This document shows positions 56,118 to 64,000 of a DNA stretch of 64,000 nt, piece by piece. The position numbers and the translations under genes are program-made. Location of the stretch: the NCBI GenBank assembly GCA_963716055.1, contig CAVQSR010000001.1:838791-902790 (forward strand), in the 5' to 3' direction. Source of the stretch: an uncultured Gemmatimonadales bacterium. GTDB lineage: Bacteria; Gemmatimonadota; Gemmatimonadetes; Gemmatimonadales; GWC2-71-9. Numbering within the stretch: the stretch's first letter is position 1; the number at the start of each line of letters is the position of its first letter. The notes beneath the pieces were generated by a model. That model saw nothing but the letters and a program-made list of their open reading frames with translations, searched no databases and was not told the origin of the DNA.

Positions 56118-57077
56118 TCACGACTCGCCGGTCACGCCCATCGCCAGGTACTTCTCCTCACGGCGCCGCAGCAGCTTGGGCACGCGGATGCGGCGCAGTT
56201 CGTCCAGGTGCCGCTTCAGCGAGGCGCCGAGGTGCTGGGCCGCCGTTTCGGGATCCGAGTGCGCGCCCCCATGCGGCTCTGGGATGATCTCGTCCACCAG
56301 GTGCAGATCCAACAGGTCCTGCGCGGTGAGCTTGAGCGCCTCGGCGGCCCGCTCCCGCTGGCCGGCGTCTTTCCATAGAATGGCGGCGCAGCCCTCTGGC
56401 GAAATCACGGAGTACACCGAGTTCTCGAGCATCAGCACGCGGTCGGCCACGCCGATCGCCAGGGCTCCGCCCGAGCCACCCTCGCCGATCACCGCCGTGA
56501 TGATCGGCGTCTCGAGCGCCGCCATTTCGATCAGATTGCGCGCGATCGCTTCCGCCTGACCGCGCTCCTCGGCCCCGAGTCCCGGATAGGCGCCGGGGGT
56601 GTCGACCAGCGTGATCACGGGAGCGCCGAACTTCTTCGCCAGGCGCATCAGGCGCAACGCCTTGCGGTACCCCTCGGGATGGGCCATGCCGAAGTTGCGC
56701 CGCAGGTTCTCCTTGGTGTCCCGGCCCTTCTGGTGACCGATGACCATCACGGTGACGCCGTCGAGGCGGGCCCAGCCGCCCACCATGGCGGGATCGTCGC
56801 GGAACAGGCGGTCGCCGTGCAGCTCGACGAAATCGGCGAAGACCAGCCGCAGGTAGTCGAGCGTATAGGGCCGGCGGGGATGCCGAGCCACCATCACGCG
56901 CTGCATCGGGGTGAGGCCGCGGTAGATCTCGGTCCGCAGCTCCGCGAGCCGCTCCTCGAGCTTGGCGATCTGGGTCGCCGCATCGCCCGGGCGCTCGCCG
57001 GTGGTGCGCTTCATCTCCTCGATCTGGCGCTCGATCTCGAGGAGTGGCCGCTCGAACTCGAGCGTGTAGATCGCCAT
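56118..57077 (-). CDS. accA: Acetyl-CoA carboxylase carboxyltransferase subunit alpha
   Basis: 319 aa. It reads [23 protein letters not shown]... and has [23 protein letters not shown]. Confidence 0.95.
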   Translation of the reverse strand: MAIYTLEFERPLLEIERQIEEMKRTTGERPGDAATQIAKLEERLAELRTEIYRGLTPMQRVMVARHPRRPYTLDYLRLVFADFVELHGDRLFRDDPAMVGGWARLDGVTVMVIGHQKGRDTKENLRRNFGMAHPEGYRKALRLMRLAKKFGAPVITLVDTPGAYPGLGAEERGQAEAIARNLIEMAALETPIITAVIGEGGSGGALAIGVADRVLMLENSVYSVISPEGCAAILWKDAGQRERAAEALKLTAQDLLDLHLVDEIIPEPHGGAHSDPETAAQHLGASLKRHLDELRRIRVPKLLRRREEKYLAMGVTGES

Positions 57078-57080
57078 GCG

Positions 57081-60000
57081 TCAATCCGCCTTCACGAGGT
57101 GGACGTGCTCCGGACCGAGCAGCCCCCGGAGGGCCGACAGGAGGTCGTCGTCGGCGTCCACCCGCACCGCCCGGCTCCGCAGCCGCGCCGTCAATCCGTT
57201 GCCGTCGCCCCACGCCACGTACAGCGGCGCCGGTCCCGGGTGGGCGGCGCACAGTGCCGCGGCGGCGCGCGCGGTCTCCGCCGGGGGCGGGGCGGGCGCG
57301 GCCCAGGCGAGCTCTACTCCGACCGCGCCGCTCGGCCGCAGGTCGGCGAGCGGCCGCGCCGCCTCCACGATGAACGGGGCGCGTTCCTCGCCCCGGTCCC
57401 GGGGGCTGTAGCTGCCGGTGAGCAGTAACAGCGAGTCGGGCCGGATCACTTCCGCGAGCCGGGCCCACGCCTCGGGGAACACGAGGGCGTCGGCGGTGCC
57501 GTGGAAGTCCTCGAGCACGAGGCGCGCGTACTCGGCGCCGGACTTCTTGGATACCTGACGCTTCACCACGGTCACCACGGCGGCGATGGTCACCTTCTGA
57601 TCGCTCCACTCGCCCAGCGTGGCCGTGGTGCGCGCGCCGAACAGCTCGACTTCGGCGCGGAATTTCTCCAGCGGGTGGCCGGAGATGAAAAAGCCGAGGA
57701 CCGCCTTCTCGCGCGTCAGGCGCTCGTGCTCGGTCCAGACCGGCACGTCGGGCACGGGGGACGCGGGGCGGGGCACGGGGGTCTCGTCGCCGAACAGGCC
57801 CACCTGGCCCGCCTCGCGGTCCTGCTGCAGGACTTGGGCTTCGCCAAACGCGCTCTCCAGCGCCGCCACGAGCTGGGCCCGATGTCCACCGAGCGAGTCG
57901 CACGCACCCGAGTCGATGAGGGCCTCGAGCACCCGCTTGTTGCACAGCCGCAGGTCGATGCGCTCGCACAGCCGAACCAGGGATCCGTATGGCCCCTCCG
58001 CTTCACGGCCCGCGATGATCGAGCGGATCGCGCCCTCCCCCACGTTCTTGATCGCGCCGAGGCCGAACCGAATCCGGCGGTCGCCGACGACCGTGAACTT
58101 GAACCCAGATTCGTTGACGTCGGGCGGCAGCACCTCCAGCCCGAGCTCCCGCGCCTCCGCGATGTAGCGCACGACCTGGTCGGTGTCGCCGATCTCGGAC
58201 GACAACAGGGCGGCCATGAACTCCGCGGCGTAATGCGCCTTGAGCCACGCCGTCTGGTACGACAGCAGCGAATACGCGACGGCATGCGACTTGTTGAAGC
58301 CGTACCGGCCGAACGTCGCGATCTGCGCGGCGATGTCCTCCACCACCCGGCGGTCGTGGCCGGCGGCCGCGGCGCGGGCGACGAACCGCTCCAGCTCCTC
58401 GGTGATCAGCGCCTGGTCTTTCTTGCCGACCGCCTTGCGGAGCACGTCGGCTTCGGCGAGCGAGTAGCCCGCCAGCACGTTCGCGATCCGCATGACCTGT
58501 TCCTGGTAGGTGATGACGCCGTACGTGGGCTCGAGCACCTCCCGCAGGTCGGGATGCGGATAGCGCACCGGCTCGCGGCCCAGCTTGCGGTTGATGAAGA
58601 CGAGATGCATGCCGGTATCGAGCGGACCGGGGCGCAGCAGCGCGTTCGTGGCGACCAGATCGTCGAACCGGTCACACTTCATCTGACGCAGGCAATCAGT
58701 GGCGAGCGCGGACTCGAACTGGAACACCCCGGCCGTGCGCCCGGAGGCGAGCAGCCGGTACACCTCCGGGTCGGCGAGGTCGAGGGTGTCCACGTCCACC
58801 GGCACGCCGTGGCGCTCGCGGATCGTCGTGACCGCGTCGTGGATCACCGTCAGCGTCTTGAGCCCGAGGAGGTCGATCTTGAGCATCCCGGCCTGCTCGA
58901 GCGCCACCATGTCGTACTGCGTGATGATGGCATCGGCGCCCTGGGGCGCGAGGCAGACGGGCACGTACTCGCTGAGCGGGCCCGGTGCGATGACTACGCC
59001 GGCGGCGTGGACGGAGGCGTGGCGCGCGAGGCCCTCGATGCGCGATCCCAGGTCGATCACCTTGCTCACGCGGTCGTCGGCCGTCGCGGCCGCGCGCAGC
59101 TCCGGGACCCGGTCGCGCGCCTCCGCGAGCGTGTACCCGAATCCCGGTCCGGCCGGAATGAGTTTCGTGAGCCGATCCACGTCCCCCAGCTCGAGCCGCA
59201 GCGTCCGGGCCACGTCGCGGAACGCGGCGCGGGCCTTCAGCGTGCCGAAGGTGATGATCTGCCCCACCGAGTCGCGCCCGTACCTGGTCCGCGCATACTC
59301 CAGCAGCTCACCCCGGCGCTCGAAACAGAAGTCGAGGTCGATATCGGGCATCGAGATGCGGTCGGGATTGAGGAACCGCTCGAACAGCAGGTCGAAGCGC
59401 AGCGGATCGACGTTGGTGATGCCGAGCGCGTAGGCCACGAGCGAGCCGGCCGCCGAGCCGCGGCCCGGGCCCACGGGGATCCCCCGGTCCCGCGCCGCCT
59501 TGATGAGATCGTAGACGATGAGGAAGTACCCCGCGTACCCCGTGCGGGAGATCACGTCGAGCTCGTACCCGAGCCGCGCCTCGGCATCGGCGGGCAGGGG
59601 GTCGCCGTAGCGCGCCACCGCACCCGACCGCGCGAGGTGAACCAGCAAATCGCCGTCGCTCGCGAACTCGGCGGGCCGCGGATACTGCGGCAGATAGTAC
59701 CGCTTCTCGAACTCCACCTCGCACAGGGCGGCCACCCGCTCCGTCTCCGCCACGACCTCCGGACGCTCGGGGAAGAGGCGGCGCATTTCGTCCTCGGACT
59801 TGACGTAGCTCTCCTGGCCGAAGAACCGGAACCGCTTCGGATCGTCGAGGTCCTTCCCCGTTCCGATCGCGAGCAGCACGTCGTGCGCCTCGGCGTCCTC
59901 GCGCGCCAGATAGTGCGCGTCGTTCGTCGCCACAACGGGCAGTCCCAGATCCTCGGCCAGGCGGAACATCCCCGCGGCGACCACGGCCTCCTCCGCCATG

Positions 60001-60539
60001 CCGTGGCTTTGCACCTCGAGCCAGAACCCGTCCGGGCCGAACACGCGCGCGAAATAGGCGGCGCTCTCCCGCGCGGCCTCGTAGTTGCCCTGACGGAGCC
60101 ACAGCGCGATCTCGCCCGATAGGCAACCGGCCAGGCCCAGGACGCCGTCGCGGTGGCGCTCCAGGACTTCGCGGTCGATGCGCGGGCGCCGGTAGAACCC
60201 CTCCAGGAACCCGATGGACGACAGACGCACGAGGTTGGCGAAACCCGTGCGATTCCTCGCCAGGAGCACGAGGTGGGAATACGGCGCCGGGGCGTCCGGT
60301 TCCTTGTCGCGCCGGTGGCGGCTGCCGAACGCGAGGTACGCCTCGAACCCGAGAATCGGGCGGACGTGGCGGGCCCGCGCCTCGTGATAGAACGTCAGCG
60401 CCCCGTGCAGGTTGCCGTGATCGGTGATGGCGAGCGCGTCCATCTTGAGGGTCCGGACCCGGTCCAGCAGGTCGGGAATCCGGTTGGCCCCGTCGAGCAG
60501 GGAGTATTCGCTATGCGTGTGGAGATGTACGAACGGCAT
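57081..60539 (-). CDS. dnaE: DNA polymerase III subunit alpha
   Basis: This is the 3' 1,152 codons of track ORF 57081..62672, starting at ATG 60539. It reads MPFVHLHTHSEYSLLDGANRIPDL (PHP domain). It has PDIDLDF and an OB-fold C-terminus. The upstream 711 codons are antisense to a real plus-strand gene. Confidence 0.95.
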   Translation of the reverse strand: MPFVHLHTHSEYSLLDGANRIPDLLDRVRTLKMDALAITDHGNLHGALTFYHEARARHVRPILGFEAYLAFGSRHRRDKEPDAPAPYSHLVLLARNRTGFANLVRLSSIGFLEGFYRRPRIDREVLERHRDGVLGLAGCLSGEIALWLRQGNYEAARESAAYFARVFGPDGFWLEVQSHGMAEEAVVAAGMFRLAEDLGLPVVATNDAHYLAREDAEAHDVLLAIGTGKDLDDPKRFRFFGQESYVKSEDEMRRLFPERPEVVAETERVAALCEVEFEKRYYLPQYPRPAEFASDGDLLVHLARSGAVARYGDPLPADAEARLGYELDVISRTGYAGYFLIVYDLIKAARDRGIPVGPGRGSAAGSLVAYALGITNVDPLRFDLLFERFLNPDRISMPDIDLDFCFERRGELLEYARTRYGRDSVGQIITFGTLKARAAFRDVARTLRLELGDVDRLTKLIPAGPGFGYTLAEARDRVPELRAAATADDRVSKVIDLGSRIEGLARHASVHAAGVVIAPGPLSEYVPVCLAPQGADAIITQYDMVALEQAGMLKIDLLGLKTLTVIHDAVTTIRERHGVPVDVDTLDLADPEVYRLLASGRTAGVFQFESALATDCLRQMKCDRFDDLVATNALLRPGPLDTGMHLVFINRKLGREPVRYPHPDLREVLEPTYGVITYQEQVMRIANVLAGYSLAEADVLRKAVGKKDQALITEELERFVARAAAAGHDRRVVEDIAAQIATFGRYGFNKSHAVAYSLLSYQTAWLKAHYAAEFMAALLSSEIGDTDQVVRYIAEARELGLEVLPPDVNESGFKFTVVGDRRIRFGLGAIKNVGEGAIRSIIAGREAEGPYGSLVRLCERIDLRLCNKRVLEALIDSGACDSLGGHRAQLVAALESAFGEAQVLQQDREAGQVGLFGDETPVPRPASPVPDVPVWTEHERLTREKAVLGFFISGHPLEKFRAEVELFGARTTATLGEWSDQKVTIAAVVTVVKRQVSKKSGAEYARLVLEDFHGTADALVFPEAWARLAEVIRPDSLLLLTGSYSPRDRGEERAPFIVEAARPLADLRPSGAVGVELAWAAPAPPPAETARAAAALCAAHPGPAPLYVAWGDGNGLTARLRSRAVRVDADDDLLSALRGLLGPEHVHLVKAD

Positions 60540-60669
60540 CCGCTCAGTTCCACCGGGCCGCCCCGCGGGCCCCCGGTTGTCAGCTCGGGGAAAACAGCGC
60601 GAGCGACAACGGGGACGAGTCCTTCGTCCCCGTCGAGGCCGCCTCCAGCCGCTGCGGCTGGCTACTCGG

Positions 60670-60725
60670 GCAAGATACGGGCGGTCCGGTACGTTGTCAA
60701 AACCCGTTGTGGCGTCGTATCTTGC
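60670..60725. promoter_or_regulatory. Symmetric divergent promoter candidate with back-to-back (T)TTG-N20/21-TATCTTGC elements
   Basis: Plus strand has GTTG (60693..60696), N21, then TATCTTGC (60718..60725), facing the 60774 gene. Minus strand has TTTG (60701..60698), N20, then TATCTTGC (60677..60670), facing dnaE. The two 8-mers are exact reverse complements. Confidence 0.4.
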
Positions 60726-60773
60726 GCCGTCAACGGTGGTCCGTGGGCGCGCCGGCGCAGGGGGGAGCTCGGC

Positions 60774-62471
60774 ATGAAGCGATGGGCAGGATCCTGGTCC
60801 GCGGTGCCGCGGGTCAGCTTGATCGGCGTGCTGGCGGGCGCGGCATGCGCCGGGGACCGGACCGGGCCGACCCTGCCGCCGTGCTCCGCGGGCGCGGGCT
60901 TCAGCGTAGCGCTCGGCATCGGTCAGCATGCGGCCATCGATCCGGCGGCCTCGTCGGGCTGCTTCGCCTTTGCGGCGAACGGTGGGCCCGACAGCGCGGA
61001 GTACCTCGTGGTGCCGCAGTCCGCGAGCGGAACGGCCGGCGTGACCACAGGGTTCGGGCTTGCCGGGGCGGCGGCGACGGCGACGGGCTCGGGGCTGAGC
61101 GCCGCGCCGACGGCGGACGCGCGGGTGCAGGGTGCGCCCGAGCGGTTCCACGAGCTCCTGCGGCGCGCGGAGCGGGAACGCGCGTGGGGGCGCGCGGGGT
61201 CCGCTCTGGAGCCGGCGCCCGCGGCGCATCGCGCGGTGTTCCCGCCGCCCGTGGTCGGGGATCGGCGCGTGTTCAGCGTGTGCGCCACGACCACCTGCGC
61301 GCGGTTCGATCGGGTCACCGCCGTCGCCCAAGCGGTGGGACAACGGCTCGCCATCTACGTAGACACCGCGGCCCCCGTGCCCGGGCTCAGCGCGGCCGAG
61401 CTCGACAGTCTGGGTCAGCTGTTCGACACGCAGCTCTACGCGGTGGACACAGCAGCGTTCGGTGCGGAGTCGGACGTGGACGCCAACACCGTCGTGATCG
61501 TCCTGATGACCAACGTGGTAAACAGACTCGTCACGGCCCAGCAGTGCGCGGACGAGGGGTTCGTGGCGGGCTTCTTCCTCGGCGCGGACATCGATCCCCG
61601 CTTCGCGAACGACAGCCGCTTCAACCACGGCGAAGTGATCTACACGCTCGTCGCCGACCAGACCGGGACGCTCTCTTGCGACCATTCGCGCGACCAGGTC
61701 AAGCGGCTCATCCCCGTCACGTTCGTCCACGAGTTTCAGCACATGATCAGCTTCAATCAGCGCGCGCTGGTGCGCAACGGCGACGGGGAGGAGCTGTGGC
61801 TCAGTGAGGCACTGGCCCATTTCGCCGAGGAGGTCGGGGCGCGCAGCTTCCTGCCGGGCGATCAGGCGAGCTTCTCGCGGTTCCTGACCGGCAACCTGTT
61901 GAACGCGTACGAATACCTCGACGACACGGGCGCGCACTTCCTGCTCGCTGGCGCGGGGATCTCGACCCTCGCCGAGCGCGGCGCGCAGTGGCTCTTCGTT
62001 CGCTATCTGGTGGACCAGTTGGCGGCCGATACCTCGCAGGCGGCGCAAAACGTGGTCACGCGGGGGCTGGTCGCGACCACGCTCGAAGGGTCGGCCAACG
62101 TCCAGAACCGCACCGGCAGGCCCTTTGCCGAGACGGTGAGCCGCTGGGCGCTCGCCAACTGGGTGTCGGATCTGCCGGGCTTCATGGCGCCGCCGGAGCT
62201 CACGTACACCAGCTGGCAGTTCCGCACGACCTATGCCTCGCTCCACGCGCAGGCGCCCGGGTTCTTTCCCAAGCCGTTCCCGCTCGTTCCCACGGTGTCG
62301 GCCGGCGAGGCCGTGAACCTGAGCGGCACCCTGCGCGCTGGCTCGGGGGTGTTCCACCGGATCATCCAGCCGCCGGGAGCGGCGGCGTTCACGCTGAGCT
62401 TCGGCAACGCGTCCGGGGGAGCGCTCCCCGGCCAGGCGGCGCCGCGCCTCACGCTCGTCCGCATCCGGTGA
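60774..62471 (+). CDS. Probable lipoprotein zinc metalloprotease (HExxH; M30/hyicolysin-like, tentative)
   Basis: This is the 3' 565 codons of track ORF 60153..62471, starting at ATG 60774. It reads MKRWAGSWSAVPRVSLIGVLAGAAC. Active-site region is VTFVHEFQHMISFNQ with downstream WLSEALAHFAEE. A beta-rich C-terminal domain ends ...RLTLVRIR. Confidence 0.75.
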   Translation: MKRWAGSWSAVPRVSLIGVLAGAACAGDRTGPTLPPCSAGAGFSVALGIGQHAAIDPAASSGCFAFAANGGPDSAEYLVVPQSASGTAGVTTGFGLAGAAATATGSGLSAAPTADARVQGAPERFHELLRRAERERAWGRAGSALEPAPAAHRAVFPPPVVGDRRVFSVCATTTCARFDRVTAVAQAVGQRLAIYVDTAAPVPGLSAAELDSLGQLFDTQLYAVDTAAFGAESDVDANTVVIVLMTNVVNRLVTAQQCADEGFVAGFFLGADIDPRFANDSRFNHGEVIYTLVADQTGTLSCDHSRDQVKRLIPVTFVHEFQHMISFNQRALVRNGDGEELWLSEALAHFAEEVGARSFLPGDQASFSRFLTGNLLNAYEYLDDTGAHFLLAGAGISTLAERGAQWLFVRYLVDQLAADTSQAAQNVVTRGLVATTLEGSANVQNRTGRPFAETVSRWALANWVSDLPGFMAPPELTYTSWQFRTTYASLHAQAPGFFPKPFPLVPTVSAGEAVNLSGTLRAGSGVFHRIIQPPGAAAFTLSFGNASGGALPGQAAPRLTLVRIR

Positions 62472-62472
62472 G

Positions 62473-63405
62473 ATGACCCGCAACGCGCGCGCCCTCCTCG
62501 CCGGCGCCCTGGTGGGCACGGCCGCAGTCCGCGGGCTCGCCGGGCAGACCGAAGGGAGCATCGTGGCGCGCCTCGCGGGGTCGGCCCGCGCCCAGGCGCT
62601 CGGCGACGCGAGCGTCGCGCTCGCCGGCGATCCCGGGACGCTGTTCGCCAACCCCGCCGGCATCGCCACCATCCGGCGGTGGGCACTCGAGGGGTCGTTC
62701 GAGTCCTACCTCGAGGGCAGCACCTATACGGCGGGCGCCTTCGCCATGCGCACGGGTCGCTTCACCATCGGACTGGGCCTCCAATCCCTGACCTTCGGCG
62801 GCGAGCCCGAGATCGTGCCCGACCCGGCCACGGGTGGCCGGCGCGGGATGCCGACGGGGGCGGAGTTCGCGGCCGGGGATCTGCTGGCGGTGTCGACCCT
62901 GGTGTACCGGTTCGGCTTGTTCGCCGTCGGCGGCTCCGCCAAATATGCCCGGCAATCGGTCGCCGAGTGGTCGGCGGCCGGGTGGGTGGCCGACGTCGGG
63001 CTGGCCATCGCGGTCTTCGACCTCGCGGCGCTGGGTTTCGCGGTGCAGAACCTCGGCGGCGACCTCGACGCCGCGGCCGGACTGCCGACGCAAACCCGCG
63101 CCGGCATGACGTTCAATTTCACGGACCCGCAGGGATCGGTCCGCGCGCTGACCAGTATCGAAGGGCGGTGGACCCGGCACGAGGCGGCCGCGCTCCTGTG
63201 GGGCGTCGAGGCGGGCGTGCTGCGCGACGGGAAGGGGCTCGTCGGCCGGATCGGCTACCGGTCGAACGGTGATGCGAGCGACGAGTCGCGCCTCAGCCTG
63301 GGTGGTGGGCTGGTCGTCGGCGCCGTGCGGCTCGACTACGCATACCGCGATTTCGATCTGCTCGGCAGCGGCACGCACCGCTTCGGCGTGCGGTGGAAGC
63401 CGTAG
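62473..63405 (+). CDS. PorV/PorQ-family-like outer-membrane protein (second paralog)
   Basis: 310 aa, starting 2 nt after the previous stop. Signal is [55 protein letters not shown] matches the PorV-family N-terminal signature. Confidence 0.7.
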   Translation: MTRNARALLAGALVGTAAVRGLAGQTEGSIVARLAGSARAQALGDASVALAGDPGTLFANPAGIATIRRWALEGSFESYLEGSTYTAGAFAMRTGRFTIGLGLQSLTFGGEPEIVPDPATGGRRGMPTGAEFAAGDLLAVSTLVYRFGLFAVGGSAKYARQSVAEWSAAGWVADVGLAIAVFDLAALGFAVQNLGGDLDAAAGLPTQTRAGMTFNFTDPQGSVRALTSIEGRWTRHEAAALLWGVEAGVLRDGKGLVGRIGYRSNGDASDESRLSLGGGLVVGAVRLDYAYRDFDLLGSGTHRFGVRWKP

Positions 63406-64000
63406 TCGAGCGCCGGCGCCCGTCCTGGCGCCGCCTGATCGGGCGGTTGCTCACCGGTCTGGGCCTCCTCCTCCCGCTGGGCCTCGGGATCGTCCTGCTG
63501 GTCAGCCGCGAAGCCCGTTACCTGGTGCGGGCGGGTGTGGAGGAGGCGCGCATTCTCCTGGCGCGGCGCAACATCGCGCGGCTGGTCGAGGACAGCGCTA
63601 CGCCGGCGGCGCTCCGGCAGCGGTTCGCGCTGGTGCTCGCCGCCCGAGCGTACGCGCGCGACGTTCTGCAGCTGGAGGCGGGCGACACCTACACGACTTA
63701 CGCGGACGTGGGGCGCGACACGCTCCTGCTCGTGCTGTCGGCCAGCCGGCGCGACAAACTGCGCGAGGTGACGTGGTCGTATCCCATCGTCGGCGTGGTG
63801 CCGTACAAGGGTTTCTTCGACGCGCGCGATGCGCAGCGGGTGGCGCAGGAGCTCGAGGCGGCCGGGCACGACGTGTACCTCCGGCCCGCCGGGGCGTTCT
63901 CGACGCTGGGCTATTTCTCCGATCCCCTGCTGTCCACGGCCGTCGATCGCGACACGATGGAGCTCGTCGCGATGGTGCTGCACGAGCTGACGCACAACAC
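63393..64000 (+). CDS. Membrane-anchored putative zinc aminopeptidase (COG4324/DUF2265-like); 3' end cut by window edge
   Basis: Not in the track because it has no stop in the window. The frame from GTG 63393 reads [56 protein letters not shown]... It continues ...[53 protein letters not shown]...[11 protein letters not shown] 63447 is an alternative start. Confidence 0.7.
   Translation, partial: MEAVVERRRPSWRRLIGRLLTGLGLLLPLGLGIVLLVSREARYLVRAGVEEARILLARRNIARLVEDSATPAALRQRFALVLAARAYARDVLQLEAGDTYTTYADVGRDTLLLVLSASRRDKLREVTWSYPIVGVVPYKGFFDARDAQRVAQELEAAGHDVYLRPAGAFSTLGYFSDPLLSTAVDRDTMELVAMVLHELTHN

Noticed and set aside
60540-62672. N-terminal 711 codons of the 1,863-aa track ORF 57081..62672, an apparent giant DnaE fusion
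   Set aside because: This part is R/A/G/P-rich filler lying antisense to the well-formed plus-strand HExxH lipoprotein gene. The DnaE PHP domain begins exactly at ATG 60539 (MPFVHLHTHSEYS).

Overview
GC-rich (about 70% G+C by eye, not computed), gene-dense bacterial chromosomal segment. The gene content points to the FCB superphylum, most likely Gemmatimonadota; this is inference. That content includes a GWxTD protein, PorV/PorQ-like porins, a T9SS-type C-terminal sorting tail, a Tat-signal TldD/PmbA pair, a short primary sigma factor without region 1.1, and many lipoprotein and OM beta-barrel genes. I call about 57 CDS and 7 tRNAs: a lone Arg(CCG) and a six-gene Ala-Gly-fMet-Val-Arg-Pro cluster. 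I also call one decamer-periodic spacer repeat, several terminator-like hairpins and a few candidate promoter or operator motifs. Housekeeping blocks are fdh-type oxidoreductase, rlmI-CDF, thiE, rho-ruvX-mltG, rpoD-like sigma, mlaEFD, atpAGDC, waaA, and dnaE-accA-PSP1-metG. I saw no rRNA, CRISPR, transposase, integrase, phage or recognisable defence genes. Because of the GC content, the ORF track is dominated by antisense or out-of-frame shadow ORFs and 5'-over-extended ORFs. I trimmed starts by residue counting from the track coordinates. Two real genes that run off the window edges (1..2866 minus, 63393..64000 plus) are absent from the track. Best candidates for something undescribed: (1) a terminator-bounded five-gene envelope locus at 41.5-52.7 kb: TonB-dependent receptor, 1,395-aa T9SS-tailed protein, adjacent PorV-like porin, small barrel, 609-aa lipoprotein. 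(2) A second secreted-protein plus PorV-like pair at 60.8-63.4 kb. (3) A four-gene lipoprotein / Ser-Thr kinase / membrane / OM-barrel operon whose kinase has no canonical start codon. (4) A two-gene micro-cassette encoding a free-standing histidine-kinase DHp domain. (5) Bacteroidetes-style TTG-N19-21-TATCTTG promoter motifs. Functional claims beyond motif recognition are inference and need HMM, structure and synteny checks.
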